DNA from: Octopus sinensis
Lineage: Eukaryota
Assembly (NCBI RefSeq): GCF_006345805.1
Contig: NC_043005.1
Span: 54,188,001-54,252,000, forward strand
Reading direction: 5' to 3'
Length of the DNA stretch: 64,000 nucleotides
Under the pieces are notes generated by a model that saw only the letters and a program-made list of their open reading frames with translations, was not told the DNA's origin and made no database searches. Positions 12,738-26,279 of this stretch are shown here, piece after piece. The position numbers and the translations under genes are program-made. How positions within the stretch are numbered: the stretch's first letter is position 1; each line of letters starts with the position of its first letter.

Positions 12738-13569
12738 ACAAATATATATGTAAGGATTTAAACTGATGACTACTTTACAAAGAGACTAACAGGTGGTTTT
12801 CTACATGTGATGTGCAGATAGATACACGGTGAATGAAGCTATCGAAAAAAGGGGTGAACAAGTATAACAAAAAAATTTTTTTTAAAAAAACAGAAAATAG
12901 AAAGAAAGAAAGAAATATTTCCATGGAAGGAAACATTTGAACAAAGCTAGAAATCCTAACAACAATATCATGTTTGATATGACAGTGTGTCTACACAATA
13001 TTTGCCAAAACCTCTCTGGTAAGCAAAGGAGCTGCAATTTGATTACAAATTCAAAAGGAACAACAGAGTTGAAGGGTGAGTGACTTTAATATGAGACTCT
13101 GTTTATCTCCACTTATTGATTTTATAGTGTTCTATTTATGTCTAGTCAATTTAACCAAAGAATGAAAAATGGTATCACACAAACTAAACCTACAATATTA
13201 TTATTATTTCATCGCTTTTTTTTTCAATTTTTCTTTTCTTTTCTTTTTTTTTTTTACTTTTCTTTTTCATCTGTTTAAAATATTCACAATGATGAAATAT
13301 TACATATAAATCTATTCATGATGTTTTGTATATTGTTTATTGTTTGTTTTGTGTATATATATATTTTTTTTAGTTTTTTTGTTGTATTTTTAAAAAAATA
13401 TTTTTCTTGTATTATTTCATACCAGATATCAAAACTTGTTTATAAATTATTATCTTATATATTATATTATACATTATTGAGTTATATTAAGGAATATATA
13501 ATATGAGGATTTGTATATGTTATATATCTGTTATCGCTAGAAAAACAATTTGTTTTATCTTTGTTTCTG

Positions 13570-13960
13570 AATTATTTGAGAATTGCCGTAAAAATTTGTG
13601 ACTTCACAATGCATCCATCCTCGTACTATGACTTTGCAATCACCTACGCATGTATATTAGTGAAGTGTTACCATAGAATTTATGAATTGACACTGTTCCC
13701 ATTCTCACTTCACAATCACATATTTGCAGAGTGTTGCCAAAGAATTTGTGACTTCACAATATCCCCATATCTCCCTGTAACCATTCCACAAAGCTTACCC
13801 CCCCCCCACTCAACAGTCATATATGCTTCCAGTGCATAGCATTAAATTTATAACTTCATGCTATCTTTGTTGTTACATAGCAAACATGTATATTTGTGGA
13901 GCATGGTTTATTAAATATTCAACTTTGCAATGTACCCAATTTTACTTCACGATGATGTAC
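13570..13960. repeat. Degenerate ~60-70 bp minisatellite
   Basis: Recurring atatt(t)g(t/c)(g/a)gagtgttgc..gaatttgtgacttcacaat motifs. Confidence 0.6.
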
Positions 13961-14019
13961 ATAAATACCTCAAAAGTACATAGACACCCTGACACCATGT
14001 TTAAAGCACCCAACACACT

Positions 14020-14165
14020 CTATGAAGAGGTTGGTTTTAGGAAGGGTATCCAACCATAGAAATCATGTCAAAAACAGATGACTAGAGCCTGGTGCAGCCC
14101 TCTGGCTGGCCCAGTTCCTGTTAAATGGTCCAACCCATGCTAGCATGGAAAACGGATGCTAAATG
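14020..14165 (+). mobile_element. RTE 3' tail (opposite orientation) ending in (ATG)n
   Basis: ccaacccatgctagcatggaaaacggatgctaaatgatgatg. Confidence 0.75.
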
Positions 14166-14330
14166 ATGATGGTGGTGGTGGTGATGGTGGGATGATGATG
14201 AGGAAGAGGAGGAGGAATAGGAGGGGAGATGGGGAGGAGGAGGAAGAGGGGAGGAAGAGGAGGAGAGATGGGGAGGAGGAGGAGGAGGAGGAGGGGGAGG
14301 AAGAATACGAAGAAGAGGAGGAAGGGGAGG
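14166..14330. repeat. GGT/GAT/GGA purine-rich low-complexity tract
   Basis: Directly visible. Confidence 0.9.
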
Positions 14331-14699
14331 ACATTTTTGAAAGGTTTATTTCTCTTCTCTTCTATGAATAATTTGCTGGTCGAAGAAGAGCTTTCCTTCA
14401 AGCACCTCTGCCATAGTAGCCAAGTTGCTCGAGACACCTCACAGAAGTATTCCAACTCATCTGGAGTTGCTCTACAATATAAACTTACCTTACAATGATG
14501 GATTCTTTTAAAAAACCCACTTGACAGTCTGAAGACACCTGTCAGAGGGCTCAGGTGAACTTTTGCAGGTAAATTGTGCCATCACTCTGTCAACTGCAGC
14601 AAGAAGAATGCCTAAGATTTTGTACAATCTTACAATTGCTAGGTTCACCCTCAGATTCACCCACAATATGCTGTCTTTGATAAGCAAACCATACCAAAG

Positions 14700-14850
14700 G
14701 CTGTGTGCTAAGAAGCCTGCTTACCAACCACATGGTTTTGGGTTCAGTCCCACCGCATGGCATCTTGAGCAAGTGTCTTCTACTATAGCTTCAGGCCGAC
14801 CAAAGCCTTGTGAGTCGATTTGGTAGAGAGAAACTGAAAGAAGCCCATTG
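14700..14850 (+). mobile_element. 5' part of SINE family B
   Basis: ctgtgtgctaag..ggttcagtcccaccgcatggcatcttgagcaagtgtcttctactatagc. Confidence 0.8.
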
Positions 14851-15490
14851 TGACAGCTTCCCATACCGTTACAGAGATACCACCATGTTTCACAGCTGGT
14901 TGGAGTCATTTCAAATCAAATTCTTGATTGTGAAGCCTTCAGATCCAAGCACATCCACTGTCTGAAAATAATGCAAATCTTGATTCATCTAAGAAAATCA
15001 CTCTTTCCCAAAATGAACTTGATTTTTCTGACATCTCCTTAGCTCATTTTTTCTTTTCGTGATATTAATTGGTTCTTCTAGCTGCTCATGCATAATACCT
15101 GAGCTTATGCAGATATGTAACACACATTCTTGGACTAACTTCTAGCTGTTTTGCAATGTCAGAAGCCTTCGAACGGGGTTCATTTTCCAAAATTCTCTTC
15201 AAACAGTGAAGCTTCCTTTCTGAAGGCCCAGGTCGGCCAGGATGAAAATCTGTTGATTCTTTCCTTTGGCTTTTAAATTGCACTATAATTCTATTAACAG
15301 TAGCAAGAGGAATTTGAAGATTTTTGGCAATTTTTCGCTGGCTAAGACCAACCTCAGATTGCCCAACAATACAACCTCTTTGAAAATCTGACAATTCTGC
15401 TGAATTTTTTGTGTGTGGCATGGTTACTCATCGCAAATGTTTAATATAATGAAAAAGAATAACTACATTGTAAATCCTACACTACTGTAG
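14851..15490 (-). mobile_element. Tc1-like transposon fragment (HTH and first catalytic D, decayed)
   Basis: ORF 15421-15086 [29 protein letters not shown] (Tc1 paired-like HTH), then VIFLDESRF and VKHGG..VW; stops and 3' truncation. Confidence 0.88.
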
Positions 15491-15634
15491 ACTCTTAGAT
15501 CAGAAATTTTAAGAATTAAAGGTATCTATTTACTTCCTGCATGTCTGTGTATATGTATGCATGTATGTATGTATGTATGTATGTATGTATGTATGTATGT
15601 ATGTATGTATGTATAGGCATAGACATAGGCATGA

Positions 15635-16010
15635 CCATGTGGTAGCCATGACCACATGGTTCCGGGTTCAGTCCCACTGTTTGGCACCTTGAGCAAGTGT
15701 CTTCTACTATAGCCACATACCCACCAAAATCCTATCTAGGAATTTGGTAGTCAGAAACTAATAGAAGCCCATTGTGTGTTTGTGTGTGTGTGTGTTTATG
15801 TTTGTACCTCTCCACCAGTTGACAACTGATGTTCATGCTTTTATGTCCCTGCAACTTAGCAGTTCAGCAAAAGTGATCAATAGAATAAGTACCAGGGCTA
15901 AAAAAATAATAAGTACTGGGGTCGATTTGTTTGACTAAAATCCTTCAAGGGCAGTGCCCCAGCATGGCCACAGTCTAATGAGTGAAACAAGTAAAAGAAT
16001 AAAAGACTAT
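15635..16010 (+). mobile_element. SINE family B copy
   Basis: ccgggttcagtcccact..ggcaccttgagcaagtgtcttctactatagcc..(TG)n..gccccagcatggccacagtc..aaacaagtaaaaga. Confidence 0.85.
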
Positions 16011-16014
16011 ATTT

Positions 16015-16290
16015 AGAGTGTTACAATTGAATTTCTGGGACTTCACAGCATTGTCATTTACACTCCACAATCATATATATATGTGGAATGTAGCTGTTGA
16101 ATTTTTCACCATACAATGTCAACAGTCTACAATTATATATTAGTGGCATTTCACCATTAAATCGGTGACCCAAAATATTTCCATTTCCACTTGCCAATAA
16201 TGTATATTTGTGGAGTGTTGCTGTTGAATTTCTCACTTCAGCATGTCCTTCATCTCATTCCACAATTTTATATATTCAATGCTAAATATT
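16015..16290. repeat. Second block of the degenerate ~60-70 bp minisatellite seen at 13570-13960
   Basis: atatttgtggagtgttgctgttgaatttctcacttcag and related units. Confidence 0.55.
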
Positions 16291-17848
16291 TTCATTGAAT
16301 TTTGCTTGTTGTTGTCACATTTTAAACAAGCGAAATGTTAACTTTAACACATTTTCACACACACACACACATACACACACAAACACGCACACACACACAT
16401 ATGCATGCACTCTGTTTCCATCTATCAAATTCACTCATAAGGTATTGGTCAACTCACAAGAATTAAAGAAGGCACAACTTAACCAAAGAGCCATGCAGTG
16501 GGACTGACAAAGACTTATGTGTTTCCACAATAAACTCCATCACACAGACACAGCATCAGAATGTTGCAATATTGCCAATAAGATTCAAATAAAGCGTCAG
16601 CTCCAACACTACCCACTATGCGAAAATGCCTTATTTTCTTTACTTGTGAATTGAAAATTCCCTGCAACTGATGACCTACAAGTTGATTGTTGACTATACA
16701 TTAAATAGGTGAAATTATACATTAGATGTAAACTATAATTTAATTTCAACTGTTATTATTATTTTTTTAAAAATTATTATTCTGTTTCCAGTATTTCAGA
16801 CAATGTGTGAAGTGAAAAAAGAAAACAAAAGAAAGAGAATACATGATTGAGGTGATAACATATCAGATCACAAGTCCTGAGGTCAGAGGTTCATTTACTA
16901 AATGGCCCAAACCACCTAACTCTAAATATTTTACTACACTAATTGCCTGCAAAACTGACAATTCTTTAAAAGGTTGTATCAGTGCTTTATTTTTAACTGG
17001 AAAATCATTTGTGATAGGCTGCATCCCAGTCCAGGAGGGAATTTCCTCTCATTCACTTAAGGCTTTGAAAATGGTTGGAGATAATCAAAAACATTTGGAC
17101 TACAGAGGCTTATGAAATGGCATCCATCAAAAAGTTTGGCATTGAATTCATTAAATGATAAATAATATTTCGATGCATAGAAATGACTTTCGAAATTTTC
17201 TTACTATATTGTATCAATGTAATATAGGAAATTATTTCTCTTGTGTTGAATGTATACAGAGACATTGGCTAGATGGGTTTCTAAACAGAAAGAAAACAAA
17301 TGTGCAGCCAGTGTTACAGTTTTCTTTCTGCTATATCTAGTCAATGTCCACATTTGCATTCAAGATAGAGAAATGTATTCTTCTTAACAATCCTAGCCTA
17401 ATCAGCAAATAAATTATAGCTAGATTTATTTATCAAGCAATTTTTTTTTCCCCATTTTTAATTATATCATAACCTAATGTGACAGTTTCTTTTGAAAATA
17501 AAAACTTTTGGCAGAGTAACACAGAAGAAATAGTTAACAAACAAGCTGACTATATTTGTACAAATCTTCTCTTCTATTATTATTTGATAATATAATACAG
17601 TCAGGAAAACTAATCTGATATTAATCTAATGATTATATATTATATATTAAATATAATGCCAATATTTCCATATAGTCTACTGAATGTTTTTTTAACAATA
17701 AATTATCTATTTGAGTTTCTTGTATACTGCTTCTAGCTGTCAGCCTATTACTTAACACATGGAGCAATACCTAATCGATGCTTCTTGCCTTACCTGCACT
17801 TAGTTACATTTTATCATAAAGGATCTGTAAAAACTCTTTCCAGTTTTA

Positions 17849-18272
17849 TAAAAATTCCGTTAACTCTAAGCATTTTAAACTCTTCAGCATTTTAAACAGC
17901 CATACCCAGCTTTTTACACCTACCATAAAATGTCATCCTAAAAATATACAATCACGTCATCAAAATTTTAAAGCTACAAGATAATGCATGATTAATTCAA
18001 AACAATGTGGACAAAGAAGCATTATGTTTGATAGAATAAGCTCATCAAAATAGGATTAAGGCTTCAGCATTTAAATGGTCAAAATTTCTACCTGTTTTAT
18101 GTTCAAGCAAGTGAGATCTGACCTCTCATACCTACCCTACAAAATTGTTCTGCAAATAAACAATCATATCATGAAAGTTTTGAAGCTATGAAGTAATGAA
18201 TGATTAGCTCTAAACGATGTGAATAAATAAGCATTACATTTCTAAAGAGTAACCTGAATGTTAAAGGATTAG
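17849..18272. mobile_element. Two tandem decayed MITE copies, probably piggyBac-like
   Basis: Two ~210 bp related units (aaacaatcac.tcat..aagcta..agataatgcatgattaattc..aagcattac..) with ends resembling ttaa-ccctttagcatt / aatgctaaaggg-ttaa. Confidence 0.5.
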
Positions 18273-18536
18273 GATGGTCAAATGTCCAGTCCTTAAAGCA
18301 CCAGATAGATTGTCTTGAAGTAATCATGCCAGTCCCTTGCACTCAGAGTCTAAATTAGATTAAAAAGCAAGAGGCCTCATTCAGAGATGAAACATACCAC
18401 TGTAAAACGTTAGATTATTCAACTTAATTAAATTAGAAATTCCCTTAGAGTTTAGTTGTAAGACCTATTCACTACCATCTGATAAGAAACATATTCATAC
18501 TTACTAAACACTCATACGTAGTCCTCAACATTGTCA

Positions 18537-18537
<1 letters not shown>

Positions 18538-18630
<93 letters not shown>

Positions 18631-18632
18631 CC
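18538..18632. repeat. (TATC)n microsatellite
   Basis: Directly visible. Confidence 0.95.
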
Positions 18633-20600
18633 CATCATCATCATCATCATCATCATCATCATTTAGCGTCCGTTTTCCATGCTAGCATGGGTTGGACGGT
18701 TCAACTGGGGTCTGGGGAGCCCGAAGGCTGCACCAGGCCAGTCAGATCTGGCAGTGTTCTACAGCTGGATGCCCTTCCTAACGCCAACCACTCCGAGAGT
18801 GTAGTGGGTGATTTTATGTGCCACCAACACAGGTGCCAGACGAGGCTGGCGAACGGCCACGCTCGGATGGTGTTTTTATGTGCCACCGACACAGGTGCCA
18901 GACGAGGCTGGCAGACGGCCACGCTCGGATGGTGTTTTTATGTGCCACCGACACAGGTGCCAGATGGCTGGCGGACGGCCACGATCGGATGGTGTTTGTT
19001 ACGTCCCCAAAGCACGGAGGCCAGTCTATGCGGTACTGGCTACGGCCACGTTCGGATGATTTTCTTGTGTGCCACCGGCACTGGTACCACAAAGATACAA
19101 ATTCCATTGATGTTCATCTATTTTGATTTGTTTTGATTTGATTTGATTTTCACTTGCCTCAACAGGTCTTCACAAGTGTCACAAGAAGGAAGGTATGCAC
19201 AGGTGGACTGACTACGTCCCAGGTAGGGGCCACGGGTTATGGCCTGACTAGTCTTGCCGGGTCTTCGGAACGGGTTATGGCCTGACTAGTCTTGCCGGGT
19301 CTTCGGATGGTGTTTTTATGTGCCACCGACACAGGTGCCAGATGAGGCTGGCGAACGGCCACGATCGGATGGTGTCTGTTGCGTGCCCACAGCACGGAGG
19401 CCAGTCGATGCGGTACTGGCTACGGCCACGTTCGGATGGTTTTCTTGTGTGCCACCGGCACTGGTACCACAAAGATACAAATTCCATGATGTTCATCTAT
19501 TTTGATCTGATTTGATTTGATTTTCACTTGCCTCAACAGGTCTTCACAGGTCTTCACAAGTGTCACAAGAAGGAAGGAAGGTATGCACAGGTGGACTGAC
19601 TACGTCCCAAGTAGGGGCCACGGGTTATGGCCTGACTAGTCTTGCCGGGTCTTCGGTTGGTGTTTTTATGTGCCACCGACACAGGTGCCAGATGAGGCTG
19701 GCGGACGGCCACGATCAGATGGTGTTTGTTATGTGCCCACATCACAGAGGCCAGTCGATGCGGTACTGGCTACGGCCACGTTCGGATGGTTTTCTTGTGT
19801 GCCACCGGTACTGGTACCACAAAGATACAAATTCCATTGATGTTCATCTATTTTGATTTGGTTTGATTTGATTTGATTTGATTTGATTTTGATTTTCACT
19901 TGCCTCAACAGGTCTACACAAGTGTCACACACTTGCCTCAACAGGTCTTCACAAGGTCATAAGTAGGAAGGTATGCACAGGTGGACTGACTACGTCGCCG
20001 GTCTTCGGATGGTGTTTTTATGTGCCACCGACACAGGTGCCAGATGAGGCTGGCGAACGGCCACGATCGGATGGTTTTCTTGTGTGCCACCGTACTGGAA
20101 CCACAAAGATACAAATTCCATTGATGTTCATCTATTTTGATTTGGTTTGATTTTCACTTGCCTCAACAGGTCTTCACAGTGTCACACGTGCCACACACTT
20201 GCCTCAACAGGTCTCCACAAGTGTCACACACTTGCCTCTGCCTCAACAGGTCTTCACAAGTGTCACACACTTGCCTCAACAGTCTTCACAAGTGTCCACA
20301 CTTGCCTCAACAGTCTTCACAAGTGTCATAAGAGGGAAGGTATGCACAGGTGGACTGACTACGTCGCCGGGTCTTCGGATGGTGTTTTTATGTGCCACCG
20401 ACACAGGTGCCAGATGAGGCTGGCGAACGGCCACGATCAGATGGTATTTGTTGTGCCCACAGCACGGAGGCCAGTCGATGCGGTACTGGCTACGGCCACG
20501 TTCGGATGGTTTTCTTGTGTGCCACCGGTACTGGAACCACAAAGATACAAATTCCATTGATGTTCATCTATTTTGATTTGGTTTGATTTGATTTGATTTG
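18633..20600 (-). repeat. RTE 3' tail expanded into a higher-order tandem array
   Basis: (CAT)n tail, ~61 bp units, ~280-440 bp higher-order units each ending in (GATTT)n, and ~33 bp cttgcctcaacaggtcttcacaagtgtcacaca units; units nearly identical. Confidence 0.9.
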
Positions 20601-20657
20601 AAAATATATATATATATATATATATATATGTTAAATAACAACAACAATAATAATAAT

Positions 20658-20812
20658 AATCCTTTCAACTAAAAGCACAAGGCCTGAAATTTTGGGGGAG
20701 GGGGCTGGTTGATTACATTGGCCCCAGTATTTCACTGGAACTTAATTTACCAACCCCGAAAGAATGAAAGGCAAAGTCAACCTCAATGGCATTAGAACTT
20801 AGAATATAGCAA
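20658..20812 (-). mobile_element. SINE family A copy (5' truncated)
   Basis: cctttcaact..gcacaaggcctgaaattttgggg..accccgaaagaatgaaaggcaaagtcaacctc. Confidence 0.8.
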
Positions 20813-21155
20813 CAGGTGAGCATCATAGCCATGCGTTGAGAAGAATTCTTTGGGGTTTGAATAATTCACCTCTGGAAACATGAGTGATTTGCTCTTCATC
20901 CTTAACCAACCCTTATTCAGGGACCTTTTGAGTAGGATGGGCTACTTGACCTAAAGCAAATTCTAACTGGGCCCCACCTCCAAAGTCATGCCCTGTTTAT
21001 CTTGATATGTCATGCACATACGGTTGTGGTGCATGTGTTTGGCGTATTCTTATCAGACAGGTGGTCATAATGGATATATTGGCTTCGTATATTTTACCCT
21101 AGTGCAACTTTGATGGCATGCACTGCTCTCTCACTCAATAATAATAATAATAGTG

Positions 21156-21194
<39 letters not shown>

Positions 21195-21210
21195 TAATAA
21201 TAATAATAAT

Positions 21211-21243
<33 letters not shown>

Positions 21244-21280
21244 AAGAAGAAGAAGAAGAAGAAGAAGAAGAAGAAGAAAA
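20813..21280 (+). mobile_element. Unclassified retroposon-like 3' end running into (AAT)n(AAG)n
   Basis: GC-richer segment ending gcatgcactgctctctcactc-aataataat; family not recognised. Confidence 0.4.
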
Positions 21281-21974
21281 CAAGTATAGTATTTAATGCT
21301 TTATAGGACATACATTTGTTTCATTAAAATGCCAAACTAATTACATAACAGTTGTTGGAACATTGAGTAATATTGCACTTCACCTCATCAGTATCCTGCA
21401 ATATATATATAGATGCTAAAGAGCAGCCCATAACTATGCAGAACATGGACATCACTGTGTGAAGTATTTTAAAAATGCCAGTTACCCCAATGTACATTGC
21501 TACATAGAAACTAATAAACTAATAAACATAGGTTGTACCAGGACAAGCAAAAGAAGCGATATTAAGGTACATTAACTGAAATACAACTGGTAAAATTCAG
21601 TGCAGCAACTTCCCTAAATGACACATGGAAAAAATATCTATCTACTTTCAATAAGTTGGAACATATATAGTAGTATTTCTCCCAATTTTACATTCTGAAT
21701 TCAAATGCTACTAGGGTTGGCTTTACCTTTCATTCTTTTGGAATCAATAAGATAAGTACTAGATGAGCACTAGGATTGATGTCATTGACTTACACACTTT
21801 CCAGAAATCGCTGTCCTAATGCCAACATTTAAAATCAATGTGTTGTAAGAATACAGTCCAAGGAAGTTTATCAAGTTGAGGAGCATTGTAAGTGCATGCA
21901 AAGAAAGAAAATGAACTCTATAAGTCTTATAATATGGACTGCAAATAAAAAGTTTAACAAGTATAGACACAAAA

Positions 21975-22137
21975 GTGGCTGTGTGGTAAGTAGCTTTCTT
22001 ACCAACCACATGGTTCTGGGTTCAGTCCCACTGCGTGGCATCTATGGGCAAGTGTCTTCTACTATAACCTCGGGCTGACCAAAGCCTTGTGAGTGGATTT
22101 GATAGATGGAAACTGAAAGAAGCCCGTCGTATATATG

Positions 22138-22171
<34 letters not shown>

Positions 22172-22380
22172 AGTGTGTGTGTATGTGTTTGTCCCCCTAG
22201 CATTGCTTGACAACCGATGCTGGTGTGTTTATGTTACCATCACTTAGAGGCTCGGCAAAAAGAGACCGATAGAATAGGTACTGGGCTTACAAAGAAGAAG
22301 TCCCAGGGTCGATTTGCTCGACTAAAGGTAGTGCTCCTGCATGGCCGCAGTCAAATGACTGAAACAAGTAAAAGAGTAGG
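21975..22380 (+). mobile_element. SINE family B, near full length
   Basis: tggctgtgtggtaag (A box), ggttcagtccc (B-box-like), CORE-like tgggcaagtg, internal (TA)(TG) tract, gaaacaagtaaaagagt tail. Confidence 0.9.
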
Positions 22381-23129
22381 TAGGATATTTTGTTATTGAA
22401 CAAACTAGGCTTTGTTCAATAATGAAAGGTGTACTACTTCATAATGGTTTCAAATTTTGGCATAAAGTGAATTAAATCAACCCCATTGCTCAGCCAGTAC
22501 TTATTTTATCAACCCTGAAAAGATGAAAGGCAAAGTCGGCCCCAGTAACATTTAAAGCCAGAACAAAAAGACAGCCGAAATGCTGCAAAGCCTTTTACCT
22601 GGAATGTTAATGATTCTGCCAGCTTACTGATTTAGTACAATATTCCATAGTGTCCTCTCAGAAAGTGATTCAATGTGGCACCAACACACCTATCTGTGGA
22701 CTCATAGTGGCTCCAGTGACAGAGCAGATAACATAGAGTGGGAAATTCAACTAGGCATCACGTGAAAGTGACCTTAGTTGATGTCTAGTGCAATTTCTCC
22801 TTTTGGTTACCTTCACTACTTTCAATATAAACAAGCTTCCTGTCTGAGATGAATATGGAACAAGCAAAGAGAACAAATATATAACTTCAACAAGAAGCAG
22901 ACATTACCTGCTGTAAAGTCAATATTTGGAATTAACGAATCAGTTAGTTGACATTTTTAATTAAAATTCTCGTGTTCTACTCCAGCACTTTAGTACATTT
23001 CATTTAATGTCTTTGTAGACAATATTCTTTGTTTCTTTCTTTTTCTTTTCTCTTTTTGTACTGTACATATATATTCACTGCCCTTTGTACGGTAAGGTAC
23101 CTTCCTAGAGAAGTATGTGTGTCTATTTG

Positions 23130-23570
23130 CCATTATACATAACCATGTATTTTTACAATTTCCTGGGAAGTGAGGTTAATCAGTACTTTTGCGTTCACCC
23201 ATAAACACTTAAATTCAAAGTAAAAATTTTCTTACATTACTACTTTTTAAAAATTGTCTTTAATCATTTCAGCATACAAGATTAAGACTGTCGTTATATT
23301 TTATTTATTTAAAGATATATTTACTATTAATGTTGCTAAGTAATCTTTCATCTCCTCTGTATGCATTATTGAGGCATTTTGTTATGTTATATCTCAAGGC
23401 TTGTCAATGTAATTTTTAATTTCACAAAATTATTAATCTTTTATTTTTATGTATTTGTCCATTGACTAACCACTTAGAATAGCCATATCAGTATGTAGAT
23501 TTGTTTATGTCTATTTCTGTATGTCTATTCATATTTCTATATATCAAAGTTCTTTTAACATCTGAAGTTT
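23130..23570. repeat. Unidentified old repeat, copy 1
   Basis: Collinear similarity to 26600-27090 (tctttaatc.ttc..catacaagattaag, tctttcatctc.tctgta, aaattattaatctt, tatcaaagtt). Confidence 0.5.
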
Positions 23571-23672
23571 CACGAGCTTTTTTTTTTTTTAAATAATGTT
23601 TCTAACATTGACAATTTGTACATATCTCTATATTCAGGCATTACATTCACACACACATTCATACACACACAG

Positions 23673-23712
<40 letters not shown>

Positions 23713-23822
23713 CTTGAATATATGTATGCTTCAAAGAAGATTGAGAAGACTACAGTTTCTTAAAGAACACAATGCATTAAAATAAAGAGCATACATTCAT
23801 CTCTCAAGGATTAAATCTTTAC

Positions 23823-23856
<34 letters not shown>

Positions 23857-24019
23857 TATCATCGTCACTATCATCATCATTTAACGACTGTTTTCCATGC
23901 TGGCATGGGTTGAACAGTTTGACAGGAACTGGGTCAATCAGAGAGCTGCACCAAGTTCCAATTGTCTGTTTTGGTATGGTTTCTACAGCTGGATAATCTT
24001 CCTAGTGCCAACCAAATTT

Positions 24020-24440
24020 ACTGAGTGTGTTACTCTTTTACTTGTTTCAGTCATTTTGACTGCGGCCATGCTGGAGCACCACCTTTAGTCAAGCAAATCG
24101 ACCCCAGGACTTATTCTTTGTAAGCCTAGTACATATACTATAGATCTCTTTTGCTGAACCGTTAAGTTATGGGGACATAAACACACCACCATCAGTTGTC
24201 AAGCGATGTTGGGGGGACAAACACAGACACACAAACATATACACACACATACACACACACACATATATACATATATACGATGAGCTTCTTTCAGTTTCTG
24301 TCTACCAAATCCACTCACAAGGTTTTGGTCAGCTTGAGGCTATAGTAGAAGACACTTGCCCAAGGTGCCACGCAGAGGGACTGAACCCAGAACCATGTGG
24401 CTGGTAAGCCAGCTACTTACCACACAGCCACTCCTGTGCC
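24020..24440 (-). mobile_element. SINE family B, near full length
   Basis: Reverse complement of 61015-61450 consensus. Confidence 0.9.
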
Positions 24441-24629
24441 TATATTGGGTGCTTTTTTTATGTGGCACCAGCTTACATAAATATCATTTCACATGTAAGA
24501 AGGTATAATCAATAGTATACATGAATATTGCAGAATAAGATATAAAAGAGGCAATATCCTCTGAACAAACAATTGCAGCAATGGAAGAAGTTCAAACTTA
24601 ATAGATTAAAGTACCATACCTACTCATTC

Positions 24630-25160
24630 ATCATCATCATCATCATCATCGTTTAACGTCCGCTTGCCATGCTAGCATGGGTTGGATGAATTTGACTGAG
24701 GGCTGGTGAACCACATGGCTGCACCAGGCTCCAATCTTGATCTGGCTGAGTTTCTACTGCTGGATGCCCTTCCTAACACCAACCCCTCCGAGAGTGTAGT
24801 GGGTGCTTTTTACATGCCACCGGCACGGGGGCCAGTCAGACAGTACTGGCAATAAACTCGCTCGAATCTTTTTACACAGGTGCCAGTAAGGTGACGCTGG
24901 TAACGATCACACTTGAATAGTGCCTTTTATGTGCCACTGGCACGGAAGCCAGTTAGCCACTCTGGCAACGATCACACTCGGATGGTGCTCTAGGCACTCT
25001 ACTAGCATGGCAGAAGTGCCGGTAAGGTAATGCTGGTAACAATCACACTCGAATGGTGCCATTTATGTGCCACTGGCACGGAAGCCAGTTAGCCACTCTG
25101 TCAACAATCATGCTCATATAGTGCCCTTTGCACCCTGCTAGCATGGATACCAGTCATCAA
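24630..25160 (-). mobile_element. RTE 3' UTR fragment with ~61 bp tandem units
   Basis: (CAT)n gtttaacgtccgcttgccatgctagcatgggttgg.. followed by gtgccac units. Confidence 0.85.
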
Positions 25161-25429
25161 ATTAAAATAAAAAATACGAGGCATGATGGGAGAAGTAAAA
25201 GATACTGAAAGCAGAAGCCTTGAATTATCTAGTTATTTACTAATGAATATATTATATTGCTTTTGGCTATAAAACACAACATGTGTAAGAAATATATCCT
25301 GTAGCTAATGGTGTGTCTGTTAGCAAACTGGTGGAGTCTAGTTATAGATTCTACTGCTTAAAAGTAACAAATGAATTCAAAAGTTTTTAGTTTAAAATGT
25401 GAGTTACATTTTTAATGAACTATTTAATT

Positions 25430-25660
25430 CTTTTATTCTTTACTTGTTTCGGTCATTTGGTCGTGGCCATGTTGGAGCATCGCCTTGATGAGTTTAAGTC
25501 AAACAAAATCGACTCCAAGACTTATTCTTTGTAAGCCTAGTACTTATTCTATCAGTATCTTTTGCTGAACCACTAAGTTATAAAGACATAAACACACCAA
25601 TGCCAATTGTCAAGCAGTGATGGGGAACAAACACAGATGCAAAGTCACATACACACACAT
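25430..25660 (-). mobile_element. 3' half of SINE family B
   Basis: ttttacttgtttc..gacttattctttgtaagcctagtacttattctatc. Confidence 0.8.
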
Positions 25661-25812
25661 ATATATATATACATTAATATATATATATATATATGTGTGT
25701 GTGTGTATGTGTATATATGTATAACTTTATTATATTATATGTATATAACTATATGTATATAACTACATATATATAACATTATTTAACTTTTATATATATA
25801 TGTGTGTGTGTG

Positions 25813-25847
<35 letters not shown>

Positions 25848-25857
25848 ATTATTATTA

Positions 25858-25908
<51 letters not shown>

Positions 25909-25911
25909 CAA

Positions 25912-26200
25912 GGTGCATGGCTCAGTGGTTAGAGTGTTGGGCTCACACAATCATGAGGCAGTGAGTTCAATTTCTAGACTGGGCTGTGCGTGTTGTATTC
26001 ATGAGCAAGACACTTTATTTCACATTGCTCCAATTCACTCAGCTGTTTAAATGTGTTGCGACATCACTGGGGTTAAGCTGTATCAGCCTTCCCCTTGGAT
26101 TACATCGTTGACATGGAGAGGAGAGGCTGTTATGCATGGGCAACTGTTGATCTTCCATAAACAACCTTACCCGAACTTGTATCTCGGAGGGGAACTTTCT
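25912..26200 (+). mobile_element. tRNA-headed SINE family C
   Basis: tggctcagtggttagag (A box), gagttcaatt (B box), gagcaagacactt..cacattgctcca. Confidence 0.7.
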
Positions 26201-26279
26201 AGGTGCAATCTCATGGTCATTCATGACCAAATGGGTCTTTACCCTATATATAATATATATATGTACACGTTTATATATA

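Noticed and set aside
18790-20600. Regular repeats superficially like a CRISPR array
   Set aside because: Units are contiguous with no unique spacers, derive from an RTE 3' UTR, no cas genes, eukaryotic context.
22751-22788. Small hairpin ctaggcatca..tgatgtctag
   Set aside because: A 10-11 bp imperfect stem is expected by chance in 64 kb.
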